A stretch of DNA of 64,000 nucleotides from positions 11,867-75,866 of the forward strand of contig CBFIGY010000013.1 of the NCBI GenBank assembly GCA_965662235.1, read 5' to 3'. The DNA comes from an uncultured bacterium (GTDB taxonomy: Bacteria; SAR324; NAC60-12). The notes below the pieces were generated by a model. It did no database searches, was not told the origin of the DNA, and worked only from the letters and a program-made list of their open reading frames with translations. Below are positions 39,738 through 47,667 of the stretch, in pieces. Both the position numbers and the translations under genes were made by a program. Within the stretch, counting starts at the first letter, position 1, and each line of letters begins with the position of its first letter.

Positions 39738-40619
39738 TCAGCTGTGCCCCGACGGTGGAGTGAGGGCATGAATGAAAGAAGTGGAATCCAGCAGCACCAC
39801 CGCGGGCCTGTTGTCCTTCCGGTTGAAAAAAAGCCCCGGGGTGGGGTTCTGAAACAAGGCCGCCTGCGCCTCCGGAAGCGGTTCCCCGTCTTCCAACGCC
39901 AGCCACTCCAGTCCCAACGGGTGCCCCAGCACCTCCACCTCCTGACCCTCCTGCTGCAGGAGCAGGAGGCTAGGGGGATCGTGAGGACGGGTGGACGTCA
40001 CCCCAAGCACGTCGTGCAGCACAGGGGCCGAGGCGTCTGCAGGTGCAGCGGCCACACGACGCACACAGGCGGCTTCTAGGGCAACCGGAGGTTCTGTGGC
40101 CAGCCGCAGGGCCAGCACCTCCTGTTGCGGAGGACGGGCGTCTGCGTAGTGCGGCACCGTGCGTTGAATTTCCCGAGACTCGGTCTCAAGGGTGAAGAGT
40201 TGTTCCACATTGAGCAGCGGCACCGATTGTTCCCGGTAGCTCAGCATCCGTTGCACCAGCGCGCCCAGCTGCGGGGGAGGGGAGCCCGCCGGTTGCTCGT
40301 CGGGCTCTCCCACGCCAATGACCTGTTCCACCAGCAGCCCCCAGATGAGCCGGTCCTGCTCCACCACCACGACATTCCCATCCAGGTGCTCCTGGGTCAG
40401 TCCCAGCTTGCGCGAGGCCATCACAACCGGAAGCGCCTCGCCCCGGAGGTTCATGACCCCCAGCAGCTCCGGCGGCGCGTTGGGAACCGGTGTCCACGGA
40501 TTGAGGCGCTGCACCTCCAGCACCGATCGACGGGGCAGGGCCATCAGCTTGCCGGCGATGCGGAAGAAGAGCATCTTGCGGGCAGTGGTCTTCTCTTCCA
40601 GCAGGGTTGCACCCATCAC
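39738..40619 (-). CDS. tandem CheW-like domain protein (second domain divergent)
   Basis: N-terminal domain: MLFFRIAGKLMALPRRSVLEV...LLGVMNLRGEALPVV. C-terminal half repeats the pattern: PVLHDVLGVTSTR...VVLLDSTSF. Confidence 0.65.
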   Translation of the reverse strand: MMGATLLEEKTTARKMLFFRIAGKLMALPRRSVLEVQRLNPWTPVPNAPPELLGVMNLRGEALPVVMASRKLGLTQEHLDGNVVVVEQDRLIWGLLVEQVIGVGEPDEQPAGSPPPQLGALVQRMLSYREQSVPLLNVEQLFTLETESREIQRTVPHYADARPPQQEVLALRLATEPPVALEAACVRRVAAAPADASAPVLHDVLGVTSTRPHDPPSLLLLQQEGQEVEVLGHPLGLEWLALEDGEPLPEAQAALFQNPTPGLFFNRKDNRPAVVLLDSTSFIHALTPPSGHS

Positions 40620-42088
40620 GACACCTGATCGCGAAGTTGTGTGAGCTGCTGCTCCGTGCTCGACAGGCGTTCCGACTCAGAGCGCAGCGACTGCTGGACC
40701 TCGCTGAGGCGGTTGCGGTCCTGCCGGACGGACTCCAGGACGGAGTGGGCATCGGCAAGCACCAGTTCCAGGGTCTCGCGGCAGTAGTTGAGGTTTTCCA
40801 ACTGGTGCTGCTCCCGGTCAAGGAGGTGCTCCAGTTCCAAGCTCTGCCCCCGCAGTTCCAGACGGAAGTGCCGAAGCTGCTCCTGAACCTGACCAGCCAC
40901 CGACGACGCATTGCCCGCCAGCTGACGAGCCTCCTGGATGAGGTTGAGGACCGCCTGACGCTCCTCGTCATCCAACGTGTCGGCGCTCCCGCTATGAGCA
41001 GAAAGCAGTTCCGTCTGCACACACGCCTGTAGCCACTCCTCCAGCTCCCCCTCCATGCGCCACGCGTGCTGAATGAGCGCGCCCAGGTCATGCAACAGGG
41101 TCCGGAGGTGCTCATGAGACGCCTGAGCCGAGGTGGCCATGTGGCTGAGGACCACCAAGCTCTGGGTGAGGCGTTTGATCTCATCATCAAGGTGCTTGCG
41201 GGTCTGTTCTGTGACCGCTGACATCGACTGAAACTCCTGCTCCAGCTCCAGCCCCAGTCCACGGGCCCGGAGGATCAGGTCCCGTTGCCGTCCCAATTCC
41301 TGCTGCAGGAGGTGGGTGGTTTCGGTTTCCAGCTGCTCCGCGTTTTGACTTTCTGGCGCCACCAGTGTGAGCCGTTGTGCTTCCCGGAAACGGTCGAGGG
41401 GACGCAGGGCACAGGCTTCTGCCGCCAGTTCCGTGAAGTGCAGCACCTCCTGCTCCTGCCCCCGGAGCACCCGAGAGGCCCAGGACACTCCGTCTCGGAG
41501 CAACAGGACATCGGTCTTGATGCGGATCAGGCCTTCCGGGTGGTAGAGCGAGGCATGGTCCTCCACCTGACGCAACGTCGTGAAGCGCTCCCGCCAGCCG
41601 TTGAGCTGCGAGGCTCCCTGAGTGACCCACTCGGAAAGGGAAAGCAGCATCTGCTCACTCACAGCAGAGAGGGTGGAGGTGACCTCGGCAATGTGCCCTA
41701 GGTTCCGGACACGCTGCTTGCGAGACGTTTCCAGAGCGGCATTCATGGCCAGAAAGCGAACCTCCCCGTCCAGCCGGGACACGGAGGAGTGAAGGTGCTC
41801 CTGCACCTCCTGCCGGATGTCATCCAACGCCTGGGCGCTTTCTGCCACCTTGGTGTGCAGGGCACTGGAGACCTCCATGGCGGAGTGCAGGGCAGAGAGG
41901 TTCTGGGCCAGCTCCTGAGCAAGCCCCCGGAGGCTGTGGAAGCGGGCACCGGTCTCCAGCAGCTCCTGGCTGCTCTGCCGGACCTGCTCCCGAATCGCTT
42001 GGGAGGAGGCTTTGAACTCACGGAGGTCCGCAGTCAGGGTCGTAAGAGACGTCCCCAGCTGCTCGGCCTGCTGGAGGGACTGAGGCAT
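40616..42088 (-). CDS. coiled-coil protein with a degenerate MCP-signalling-tip-like segment (cytoplasmic chemoreceptor-like?)
   Basis: RFLAMNAALETSRKQRVRNLGHIAEVTS, compared with the MCP tip [27 protein letters not shown]. The rest is heptad/Q-L-E rich with no TM segment. Confidence 0.45.
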   Translation of the reverse strand: MPQSLQQAEQLGTSLTTLTADLREFKASSQAIREQVRQSSQELLETGARFHSLRGLAQELAQNLSALHSAMEVSSALHTKVAESAQALDDIRQEVQEHLHSSVSRLDGEVRFLAMNAALETSRKQRVRNLGHIAEVTSTLSAVSEQMLLSLSEWVTQGASQLNGWRERFTTLRQVEDHASLYHPEGLIRIKTDVLLLRDGVSWASRVLRGQEQEVLHFTELAAEACALRPLDRFREAQRLTLVAPESQNAEQLETETTHLLQQELGRQRDLILRARGLGLELEQEFQSMSAVTEQTRKHLDDEIKRLTQSLVVLSHMATSAQASHEHLRTLLHDLGALIQHAWRMEGELEEWLQACVQTELLSAHSGSADTLDDEERQAVLNLIQEARQLAGNASSVAGQVQEQLRHFRLELRGQSLELEHLLDREQHQLENLNYCRETLELVLADAHSVLESVRQDRNRLSEVQQSLRSESERLSSTEQQLTQLRDQVS

Positions 42089-42441
42089 TACGCTGCTCCA
42101 CTCGATTTGAAGTCCCAGATGGCCTGGTCTTCAGTTTCATGAATCTTGATGAACCGGGAGAACCCGCAAATGTCGAGGATCTCGTGCACCTGCTCTCCCA
42201 CCTGCACCAGCGCAAAGCCACGGCCCTGGGCCTTGAGCTGCTTGTAGCAGTCGGCCACCAGGCCAATGCCACTGGAGGTGATGTAGTTCAGCTCACTGCA
42301 GTCGAGGATCAGGCCGGTGCTCTCGGCATCCTCCAGGAAGGTGTTCAGCTCCTCCCGGGTTTCCCGGGAGGCTTCGAGCCCCAGCTGTTCCCCCAGGGTC
42401 ACAACGTGCACAGAGTCAACGGTTCGGTGTTTCAACGGCAT
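42088..42441 (-). CDS. STAS-domain anti-sigma-factor antagonist-like protein, immediately downstream of the second cheA
   Basis: VHVVTLGEQLGLEASRETREEL...LILDCSELNYITSSGIGLVADCY...ALVQVGEQVHEILDICGF (SpoIIAA-like, with the conserved Ser region). Confidence 0.75.
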   Translation of the reverse strand: MPLKHRTVDSVHVVTLGEQLGLEASRETREELNTFLEDAESTGLILDCSELNYITSSGIGLVADCYKQLKAQGRGFALVQVGEQVHEILDICGFSRFIKIHETEDQAIWDFKSSGAA

Positions 42442-42454
42442 CAGGCGGTCTCGG

Positions 42455-44614
42455 TTAAAGTAACAGGCTCAGGTCTTCACCCGTGAGGACCAGTAAGGGG
42501 GCTCCCGTGCCCATAACGATGCACCCTTCAAAGCCTCCCTCTGCCAGGAAGGGGTGCAGGAAGGGACGGATGACGCCCTGTGTGAACTTGAGGATCCGGT
42601 CAGCATGGAAGGCCACCTGCTGCCGACGGGAATCTTCGAGCACCAGGATCACCCCCGTCTGAGGCACCGGAGGCGCCGATCCCAGACCCAATCGGGCCTG
42701 CAGGTCCAGGTAGTGGCAGGTGATGCCCCGGTGCTTGAACACCCCCTGCTCTGGAACCGTGGGGTGCAGCGACAGGTCCACAATCTCCCGGATGACGTCG
42801 TAGCGGATGGCCACGGTTCGGCCGGCCAGTTCCACCACCAGCACCTTGCGGGACTGCAGTCCCAGCCGGAGGGGGCAGAACAGGGTGATCTCAGATCCCT
42901 TGCCCAGCTCAGAGGTAATGCGCACGTCACCACCATGGTGCCGGATGGTGCTGGCCACCACATCCATGCCAACTCCCCGTCCTGACACGTTGGTTACCTT
43001 CTCCGCCATGGAGAATCCAGGCGCCATCAGCAGCTCAAACGCCTCCTCATCGGTGTACTCCGTGTTGGGCTGCGCCAGTCCACGCTCCAGGGCCTTGCTC
43101 AGCACCCGCTGAACGTCAATGCCGTTTCCGTCATCAGAGACCGTGAGGCGCAGCATCTCCGGCTCCAGCCGAGCTGCCACCCGCAGGTTCCCCACTTCTG
43201 ACTTGCCCCGCTGCTTACGGACGTCCGGGGTTTCAATGCCATGGTCAAGGGAGTTCCGGATCAGGTGCACAAACGGGTCACCCAGCAGATCAATGACCGA
43301 GCGGTCCACCTCCAGGTGCTCCCCGCGGAGCTCCAGGGAAACCCGCTTCCCGAGGTCCCGCTCCAGCTGCCGAAGCATCCGGGGCAGGCGGTCAAACAGT
43401 TCACTCAGGCGAGAGGCCCGCAGCTGCTGCAACGACTCCTGCAGGCCACCAAACCGCTGCTGCACCCGCTGCACCGCGCCTCGCATCTCCATCGACATCC
43501 GAGGGTCCAGGCTCTGACGCGTCTCCTGTTCCAAGGCGTCCAGGTGGTTCAACTCCGTCACCACCTCTTCAGCATGGCGGGTGAACTCATTGAGGTCGTC
43601 CATGCTGATGCGCATCATCTCCCGACGCGTGGCCTGTGCCTCGTTGGTGGCCGCAGGAGCGCTCGGTGCTGCCGGGGTCCGAGCCGAGCCAATCCCGAGC
43701 ATCTCCAGAGCAAACTCGCTGGCGTCATGAGACCGGACGTTGCACTTGCGTTCCAGGCCCTCCACCCAAAACTGTTTCCAGAACTGCTCCACCATGTCCG
43801 GAACCAGACGGGCCAAGGCGCTGAGCGAATCCCAGTCCAGCACCGGCTCCGGAGCATCCGGGTAGAGCAGCTTGTCCATCTGGAGCACCAGCGGCTCGTA
43901 GCGTTCAATGCCATCCGGAGGCAGCCCGGCTCCTGCAGCAATCAGCTCCTCCAGTCCAATCAGCACCTCCCGGACTGCGGGGGTGATGTCCTCGCCCTCC
44001 GACGTAAGCACCGACTCCAGCAGCACGCTCCGGACGACCACATCCACCTCCAGGGACTGCTTCTTGGTGAAGTACGTTTCCAGCGTGTCTAGGGCATCCA
44101 GCACCTCCTGAGGCGGAGGCGCCGCGGCGCTGCGGGCCCGTCCCGACTCGGCCTGTTCCACCAGGTTCCGGAGGCGGTCGGCCAGGGGCTCCACCTTCTC
44201 CTCCGAAGGCTCTTCCTTGTTGAGGTTCTGGAGGAAGCGCTCAAAGCGGTCATCCAGCTTCATCTCCTGCTGCCGCATGCGCTCCAGCGCATCCTGAAGC
44301 AGGTCCACGCCCTCCAGCACCCGAGACTGTTCACTGTCCCGTAGCGCCCGGCTCTGGCCCTTGAGCTGCTGCAGGTAGCTTTCAAAGACGTGCGCAAAGG
44401 ACTGCAGGGCCATGAGGTCGAAGAAACCAGCGGTTCCCTTGACGGTGTGGACCCAGCGGAAGATCGCCGCCAGGGTCTCAATCGGCTGTTCCTCGAGTCG
44501 CTCCAGATCCTCCTGAATCAGCTCCAGACCATTGAGGGATTCCTCCACAAAGGCCTGAATGATCTCCGGATCAAAGAAGGATGCGCTGATGTCGGCAGAG
44601 ACGGTTTCGGTCAT
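42455..44614 (-). CDS. cheA: second chemotaxis histidine kinase CheA (start at MTETVSADIS; the upstream part of the ORF is Gly/Pro-rich and non-coding-looking)
   Basis: HPt: FRWVHTVKGTAGFFDL. HATPase: FVHLIRNSLDHGIE...SGRGVGMDVVASTIRHHGG. C-terminal CheW domain. Its start overlaps the stop of the upstream gene by 4 nt. Confidence 0.85.
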   Translation of the reverse strand: MTETVSADISASFFDPEIIQAFVEESLNGLELIQEDLERLEEQPIETLAAIFRWVHTVKGTAGFFDLMALQSFAHVFESYLQQLKGQSRALRDSEQSRVLEGVDLLQDALERMRQQEMKLDDRFERFLQNLNKEEPSEEKVEPLADRLRNLVEQAESGRARSAAAPPPQEVLDALDTLETYFTKKQSLEVDVVVRSVLLESVLTSEGEDITPAVREVLIGLEELIAAGAGLPPDGIERYEPLVLQMDKLLYPDAPEPVLDWDSLSALARLVPDMVEQFWKQFWVEGLERKCNVRSHDASEFALEMLGIGSARTPAAPSAPAATNEAQATRREMMRISMDDLNEFTRHAEEVVTELNHLDALEQETRQSLDPRMSMEMRGAVQRVQQRFGGLQESLQQLRASRLSELFDRLPRMLRQLERDLGKRVSLELRGEHLEVDRSVIDLLGDPFVHLIRNSLDHGIETPDVRKQRGKSEVGNLRVAARLEPEMLRLTVSDDGNGIDVQRVLSKALERGLAQPNTEYTDEEAFELLMAPGFSMAEKVTNVSGRGVGMDVVASTIRHHGGDVRITSELGKGSEITLFCPLRLGLQSRKVLVVELAGRTVAIRYDVIREIVDLSLHPTVPEQGVFKHRGITCHYLDLQARLGLGSAPPVPQTGVILVLEDSRRQQVAFHADRILKFTQGVIRPFLHPFLAEGGFEGCIVMGTGAPLLVLTGEDLSLLL

Positions 44615-45045
44615 GTGCTCCCCTTTTGCACCTCCCGAGCTAGTTGGAGCCAGTAGTTCCGGCGTCGGAGCATGGTCTGGATGGCCTGCCCAAAGGGCTC
44701 CCAGTCCAGTGGAAAGAAAAACAGGTAGTCCGCGCCCTGTCGGTTGCTCCGGGCCACCGCCTCCAGGTCCCGCTCCCGGGCCAGGAAGATGAGGCTGGTG
44801 GAAGGCGCCAGCTGCCGCGCCCGCTTCTTCCACTCGAAGCCATCGAAGCTGCTGCTGTTGATCTCAATGATCAGCAGGTGGCAGGGGTTGCGGCTGAGGA
44901 AGCTCATGAAGCCCTTGGGCGTGTGGTGGTAGATCACCTCAAAGTCCTGCTTGAAGAAGGACTTCAGCTCCTCATTGGTCTCGGTTTCGGCCAGGGTGGC
45001 CACCACAAACGAGGGTTGAGGGGCGTCACTCATGCGTCCTCCCAT
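44611..45045 (-). CDS. pseudo-receiver (degenerate REC-fold) protein
   Basis: Beta-alpha pattern of a receiver (FVVATLAE ... HLLIIEINSS ... SLIFLA ... DYLFFFPLDWEPF), but the acidic pocket, phospho-Asp and Lys are replaced. Confidence 0.5.
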   Translation of the reverse strand: MGGRMSDAPQPSFVVATLAETETNEELKSFFKQDFEVIYHHTPKGFMSFLSRNPCHLLIIEINSSSFDGFEWKKRARQLAPSTSLIFLARERDLEAVARSNRQGADYLFFFPLDWEPFGQAIQTMLRRRNYWLQLAREVQKGST

Positions 45046-45911
45046 CGCTTGGTCATGGTGATGCGGTTGCCGCTGTCGCTCCAGTCCACCGAACTCATGA
45101 TGCCCTTGATGAGCAGCAGCCCCCGCCCATGCGTCTGGGTCGGACTGGCGTTGACGTCACCGCGGTAGGCAGAGGGGTCAAATCCGGGGCCTTCATCTTC
45201 CAAGGAGACCCGAAGCATCTCAGCATCCATGTCCACCTGAATCCGGACCTGCCGGTCCTTGTAGTCAGGATCCTCTGAGCGGGTTCCCACCATGGCTTCA
45301 AACCGTTCCCACGACTGGTCCTTGAGGGAGGACGGGAGTTCCAGGTTCCCGTGGATGATGGAGTTCGTGAGCGACTCCTGCAGGCAGAGGTCAATGAGGT
45401 GCACCGGGACCTGGTTGCTTTCACAGAGGGGACGGTAGAGGGACCGGAGCGTCTGCACCGTGGCGGCAATCAGGTCCGGACGACTGGGCACCAGCAGGCG
45501 CAGCTTGAGGTTGCTGACGGCCAACAGCTCCGTCTGGCGGCTGCTTTCCTGCTGCCGCACCTGCAGGCGCTCCAACGCTGACTGGAGGACATGGAAGGCA
45601 AAGGGCTTGAGGATCAGGTCCACGGCGCCGAGCTTCAGGGCTTCCACAGAAGTCTGCACGTCACCGTGCCCGGTGATGAGCAGCGTCGGAGTGTTCATGC
45701 GCGACCGGACCATGCGTCGCAGCAGCTCCATGCCGTCCATGACGGGCATGCGGATGTCTGAAAGCACGGCGTCAAAAGGAGGCCCAGCTTTCAGCAGCGC
45801 CAGGGCTTCTTCGCCATTGCCTGCAGACGCCACTTCATAATCGGCATCCTCCAGCAACTCTACCAATGAGTCCCGCCATCCGGGCTCATCGTCCACCACC
45901 AGCAGTCTCAT
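45030..45911 (-). CDS. response-regulator receiver fused to an RsbW/RsbT-like GHKL serine kinase (anti-sigma-factor-type HATPase_c_2)
   Basis: REC: MRLLVVDDEPGWR...VLSDIRMPVMDG...LLITGHGD...LILKPF. C-terminus: LCLQESLTNSIIHGNLE...DEGPGFDP...GRGLLLIKGIMSSVDW. Confidence 0.7.
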   Translation of the reverse strand: MRLLVVDDEPGWRDSLVELLEDADYEVASAGNGEEALALLKAGPPFDAVLSDIRMPVMDGMELLRRMVRSRMNTPTLLITGHGDVQTSVEALKLGAVDLILKPFAFHVLQSALERLQVRQQESSRQTELLAVSNLKLRLLVPSRPDLIAATVQTLRSLYRPLCESNQVPVHLIDLCLQESLTNSIIHGNLELPSSLKDQSWERFEAMVGTRSEDPDYKDRQVRIQVDMDAEMLRVSLEDEGPGFDPSAYRGDVNASPTQTHGRGLLLIKGIMSSVDWSDSGNRITMTKRWEDA

Positions 45912-47110
45912 GAGACCCTCTCCTCCTGAGTCGCATGCACCTCAATGCCCATCAAGGTTGCATCGTCATCAAAGCGGTCCTTCCCCGCAAAGTTCAGCAC
46001 CGACTGCATGATCTTTTGAGTCATGTTTGAAAGGTTCTCCTCCCGGAGGCTAGAGAGGGTCTTGCGCAAACGGGGCTCCCCAAACAGCTCGGAGCTGCGG
46101 CTCTTGCCCCAGGCCGGATTGGTCTCCAGCAGCGCATCCGTGTAGATCAGCACCCGGTCCCCGGGACTCAGCTGCACCTTTCCCTCGCCATACTGCACGA
46201 GGTCACTGGGCAGCACCCCCAGCACCACTCCATCGGTGGAGAGGCTGGTGATCTCCTCGGTCCCCTGACGGATCAGGTACGCCGGAGGATGCCCCGCACA
46301 GGTGTAGGTCAATTCCTGCGACTGCTCATCAAAGATCATGTAAAAGAGGCTCGCGAAGCGTCCCGGAGGCATGTAGTCATTGAGGGTGTCGTTGATCCGG
46401 GAAATCGCTTCCTGTGTGGAACTAAGCCCGCCTCCCACCTGCCGGAAGGTGAGGCGCAGCATCATGGCAATCATCGAAGCCGACAAGCCGTGCCCGGTGA
46501 CATCCGCCACCACCATGCCAATGAGGTGATCGTTGAGGCGCAGAACGTCATAGAAGTCTCCACCCACCTCATCCATGGGAATGAACTCCGTCTGAATCTG
46601 CAGGCAGGTAGAAACATCTAGGCTATGTGGAAGCAGAAGCTCCTGAGCCACCCGGGCCTGTTCCAGGTCGTAGCGACTCTGCTTCTGCAACGAAATCAGG
46701 TGCTCATTGAGCATCTCCACCATCTCTAGGTGCCCGTTCATCCGCCGGTTTTCCTGCAGCAGGGAGTGGTGCTCCAAGAAGAGCGCAATCAGTTCATCAG
46801 CAAACTGCTCCGGATGCTCCTGCAGCAGCGAGGTCTGCAACAGCCCCGGCTGACTTCCCTCCGAGAGGGCACCAATCGCAACCGCCAGTGTTTCCGGGAA
46901 CTTTTGCTGAAAACGCTGCAGCTCCTCCGCGTTGGTTCCAATGATCAGCGTCGGAGAAGCCCCTCCTGGACGAAGTGCCCCCAGGGCCTGTTCCACCTCC
47001 TGATAGAGTTCAACCGTGAAGCACCGGCCCAGGTGACGCTCCAGCGTCGCCAGTTCGGGAGTGGAGCCAAGGAGGAGGATCAGGTTGGGTTTGATGGTCT
47101 GTGGACTCAT
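45908..47110 (-). CDS. PP2C-family serine phosphatase (SpoIIE/RsbU-like) with degenerate N-terminal receiver-like domain
   Basis: GGDFYDVLRLNDHLIGMVVADVTGHGLSASMIAMM...CAGHPPAYLIR...GDRVLIYTDALLE. The N-terminal 120 aa are REC-like (LILLLGSTPE...TLIIGTNA) without the conserved Asp. Confidence 0.8.
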   Translation of the reverse strand: MSPQTIKPNLILLLGSTPELATLERHLGRCFTVELYQEVEQALGALRPGGASPTLIIGTNAEELQRFQQKFPETLAVAIGALSEGSQPGLLQTSLLQEHPEQFADELIALFLEHHSLLQENRRMNGHLEMVEMLNEHLISLQKQSRYDLEQARVAQELLLPHSLDVSTCLQIQTEFIPMDEVGGDFYDVLRLNDHLIGMVVADVTGHGLSASMIAMMLRLTFRQVGGGLSSTQEAISRINDTLNDYMPPGRFASLFYMIFDEQSQELTYTCAGHPPAYLIRQGTEEITSLSTDGVVLGVLPSDLVQYGEGKVQLSPGDRVLIYTDALLETNPAWGKSRSSELFGEPRLRKTLSSLREENLSNMTQKIMQSVLNFAGKDRFDDDATLMGIEVHATQEERVS

Positions 47111-47113
47111 GAG

Positions 47114-47458
47114 TCAGCTGGCAATGCGGTCGAGGGCAACGTCAAGGGAGGGGGTGACCTGGAGGAAGCGGTCGATCTGCGTCAACGCGATCGTCTGCCG
47201 GACCACTTCATTGGGGCCACTGAGGAAGAAGGGAACCCGCTGGTTGAGGGAGAGTTTTGCCCCATACAGGATGATGCCAATGCCCGAGGAGTCGAGAAAG
47301 TCCAGGCTTTCCAGGTCCAGGACCAGGCCCGAAGGGGTCTCCTTCAGCAACGACTCCAGCTGCTGCTTGAGCTTGGACACATTGGAACTCTCCAAGGTTC
47401 CGGACAGGGTGACCACCTGGACGGATCCGTTCTTTGTAACATCAATCTGTAGGAACAC
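47114..47458 (-). CDS. STAS-domain anti-sigma-factor antagonist (first gene of the operon, directly upstream of the PP2C phosphatase)
   Basis: VQVVTLSGTLESSNVSKLKQQL...LVLDLESLDFLDSSGIGIILYGAKL (SpoIIAA-like with the phosphorylatable Ser region DSSGIG). Confidence 0.8.
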   Translation of the reverse strand: MFLQIDVTKNGSVQVVTLSGTLESSNVSKLKQQLESLLKETPSGLVLDLESLDFLDSSGIGIILYGAKLSLNQRVPFFLSGPNEVVRQTIALTQIDRFLQVTPSLDVALDRIAS

Positions 47459-47667
47459 GGCTGCTTCTTCTTTAATGATCGAAAAAGATGCAATTTATTT
47501 TTATTTTTTGATTTTTTCCCTGAATTTCAGGAAAGAGCGCTATCATACGTATCCAATTTATTATCTCAAGATGATATTTCTCAGGAAGGAGACGGAAGCG
47601 GACGGGTCAGGACCCTTGTGGTGGGGAAAGCATTGGGGGCTTTTTCAGGGGAGGCTGGCAACGGTGG
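47459..47667. promoter_or_regulatory. AT-rich intergenic promoter region for the STAS-PP2C-kinase-che string; contains perfect palindrome CCTGAA-T-TTCAGG at 47519-47531
   Basis: About 209 bp, much lower in GC than the surrounding sequence (ttttattttttgattttttccctgaatttcaggaaagag). It is the only sizeable gap in the 30-kb minus-strand gene string. Confidence 0.35.

Noticed and set aside
42455-44833. N-terminal 73 codons of the CheA-2 ORF (Gly/Pro-rich MEEAGAAAGAFHQPHLPGPGAGPGGGGPEQ...)
   Set aside because: This is a low-complexity stretch that overlaps the upstream pseudo-receiver gene. The conserved HPt domain begins right after MTETVS, which is placed 4 nt inside the upstream stop.
47600-47667. 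Possible sigma-54 promoter (TGGCAacggtgg) downstream of the HK gene
   Set aside because: Spacing and the -12 element (TTGCW) do not match, and the orientation is wrong for the downstream operon.
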